Source: Chrysomallon squamiferum
Taxonomy: Eukaryota > Animalia > Mollusca
Reading direction: 5' to 3'
NCBI GenBank assembly: GCA_012295275.1
Contig: CM022678.1
Coordinates: 5,394,001-5,458,000 of the forward strand
Length of the DNA: 64,000 nucleotides
Shown: in pieces, positions 62,469 to 64,000 of the stretch
Layout of the letters: every line of letters begins with the position of its first letter
How positions within the stretch are numbered: the stretch's first letter is position 1
Notes under the pieces: generated by a model
What the model was told of the DNA's origin: nothing
Database searches by the model: none
Seen by the model: only the letters and a program-made list of their open reading frames with translations
Position numbers and translations under genes: made by a program

Positions 62469-63834
62469 TTATACGCAGTACTCTCTCAGTTCTTCAACTG
62501 AACAGTGATGGAAGCAGCACTCGCAGATAATTCCCTGCTCGTAAAGACGACTTCGAGTATGTCTGAGAAACGACAAAGCTTTAGCTTTTCTCAACCTCAC
62601 CTCTCGTATGCTTCGATTTCCTGAAATGAAAAATAATAGTTTGTTTTCTTACTAAATCAAGAAATTATATACCAACTAGTAAATCATGTAAATTATAAAA
62701 AAAATTATATTTTATTCAACGATTCCCTACAAGATCTTTGTTACAGAAGCGTTTAACAAAAATATTTAACAATAACCAAAAGTTGTGAAGTAATGCAGAA
62801 CCGCGGATATTTTGTTATTTTATTACAGTTTAATTATAAAATTCGAAACCACCTATATTCCTTCCATAATTCATCCCCAAATGTTAATATTAACAATATA
62901 CCGCAGTACATTATCTATTTATTTGAAGTAAGTATGCAATTTCTTTCATTTTTTATTTTTTTTTATTTTTAGATTTTCTTCATAATCTTAGCCGTGACAT
63001 CTATCCACAATGTTGTATCTGTGATTTTACTCTGATTCTACAATAATTCTGTTATAATTTTGTTTAAAACAGATAGATAATGTTTTGATGCATTTGTAAT
63101 TATGGAAACAAGAATTCATAAAACTTATGGTTTACGAGGAGGGCAATAGTTTAAGTTGACTCGGGCGCTGAAAACCCACGCTATGTCTTGTAGATTATGA
63201 AATATGTATTTATACAATTCCCCATATCTCATATACGTACATATTTTTAATTGTTTAGCTTTTAATATGATGAAGATAATAAAGTATTAAAAATTACATA
63301 GTACATGATTCTAGTGATATTATTTAATAGTACACAGTTCAATGACCTATGTAGAAAATAATAAATACAATTTTACAATCAAATACAAATATGAAGTAGC
63401 TGACTGAAATATGTTAAATAGAACCTATCTAGACATTTTAGGTTTTTTTTACCTATAGAGACATAATATTAAGTCCTATATTTTTATTTATTTATTTATT
63501 TATTTATTATTGTCGATGTCGTTGTAGTTGTTTTCTCGCTACTAATCCAGTTACTATTCACGTTATTTATCACAAATCTAAGAGCACGTTATCAGCTGAA
63601 ATCTGTACTACTTGTTCACTGGTACATACTTAGACGTTTTTCGAAAATTGCGAAAGGGTCTTTCATGTGAAACATTCTGCACACTGCTTCAATTATATCT
63701 CTGAGACGAAAACCACAATAGCCACTTGGATCGGGATGTTTGCCTTCGAGACAGTATTTAGTTAAACTGTCCGACTCTGGTACAAGACAAAGTATAACAG
63801 CTAGCACCGTCAGAATATTTACTACAGCGTTCAT
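62469..63834 (-). CDS. Molluscan-type insulin-like peptide precursor, 118 aa, two coding exons
   Basis: Exon 63834-63630: signal peptide + B chain (YCLEGKHPDPSGYCGFRLRDIIEAVC) + KR. Phase-1 intron. Exon 62620-62469: C-peptide (…AKALSFL…) + A chain GIICECCFHHCSVEELREYCV*. Eight Cys. Acceptor for the coding exon at 63862; a non-coding first exon probably lies outside the window. Confidence 0.93.
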
Positions 63835-64000
63835 TGTTGACTGTTCCACGAGCGATAGAATTCTAAATTGTAAAAAATAAAACAGTTTAAAAACCACCCT
63901 AAGTCATCGCCAGATTACGAAAGGTATGTTTATAAGAAATCTCCCTATCTCGAACACGTTCGTTATTAAGTTGCTGAATAAATAAAACTGTACAGGTAAT

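Overview
AT-rich, microsatellite-saturated animal genomic DNA, most likely molluscan (inferred from the gene families). Reading splice sites by hand gives this cluster: <-GT17-1 (3.2-4.7 kb) | shared segment X | GT17-2-> (18.3-19.8 kb) | ZP-A-> (29.2-39.9 kb) <-ZP-B (41.0-48.5 kb) | X' | GT17-3-> (55.6-57.1 kb, two frameshifts) | decayed ZP remnants (58.9-60.6 kb) | <-insulin-like peptide (62.5-63.8 kb). The three GT17 genes are single-coding-exon MGAT3/GnT-III-like glycosyltransferases that form a gene-conversion-like mosaic. The two ZP genes encode signal peptide + Calx-beta domain(s) + two EGF-like domains (FDCRR type) + ZP module + TM, i.e. molluscan EGFZP/ELDP shell-matrix-like proteins with added putative Ca2+-binding Calx-beta repeats. 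ZP-A has Ser at both Cys of the ZP-N C1-C4 disulfide and lacks a canonical furin site. The leading hypothesis is a co-duplicating glycosyltransferase/substrate cluster for an extracellular matrix. The rest of the window is satellites, minisatellites, a MITE and LINE debris. All gene models are manual and unverified by transcripts or database searches.
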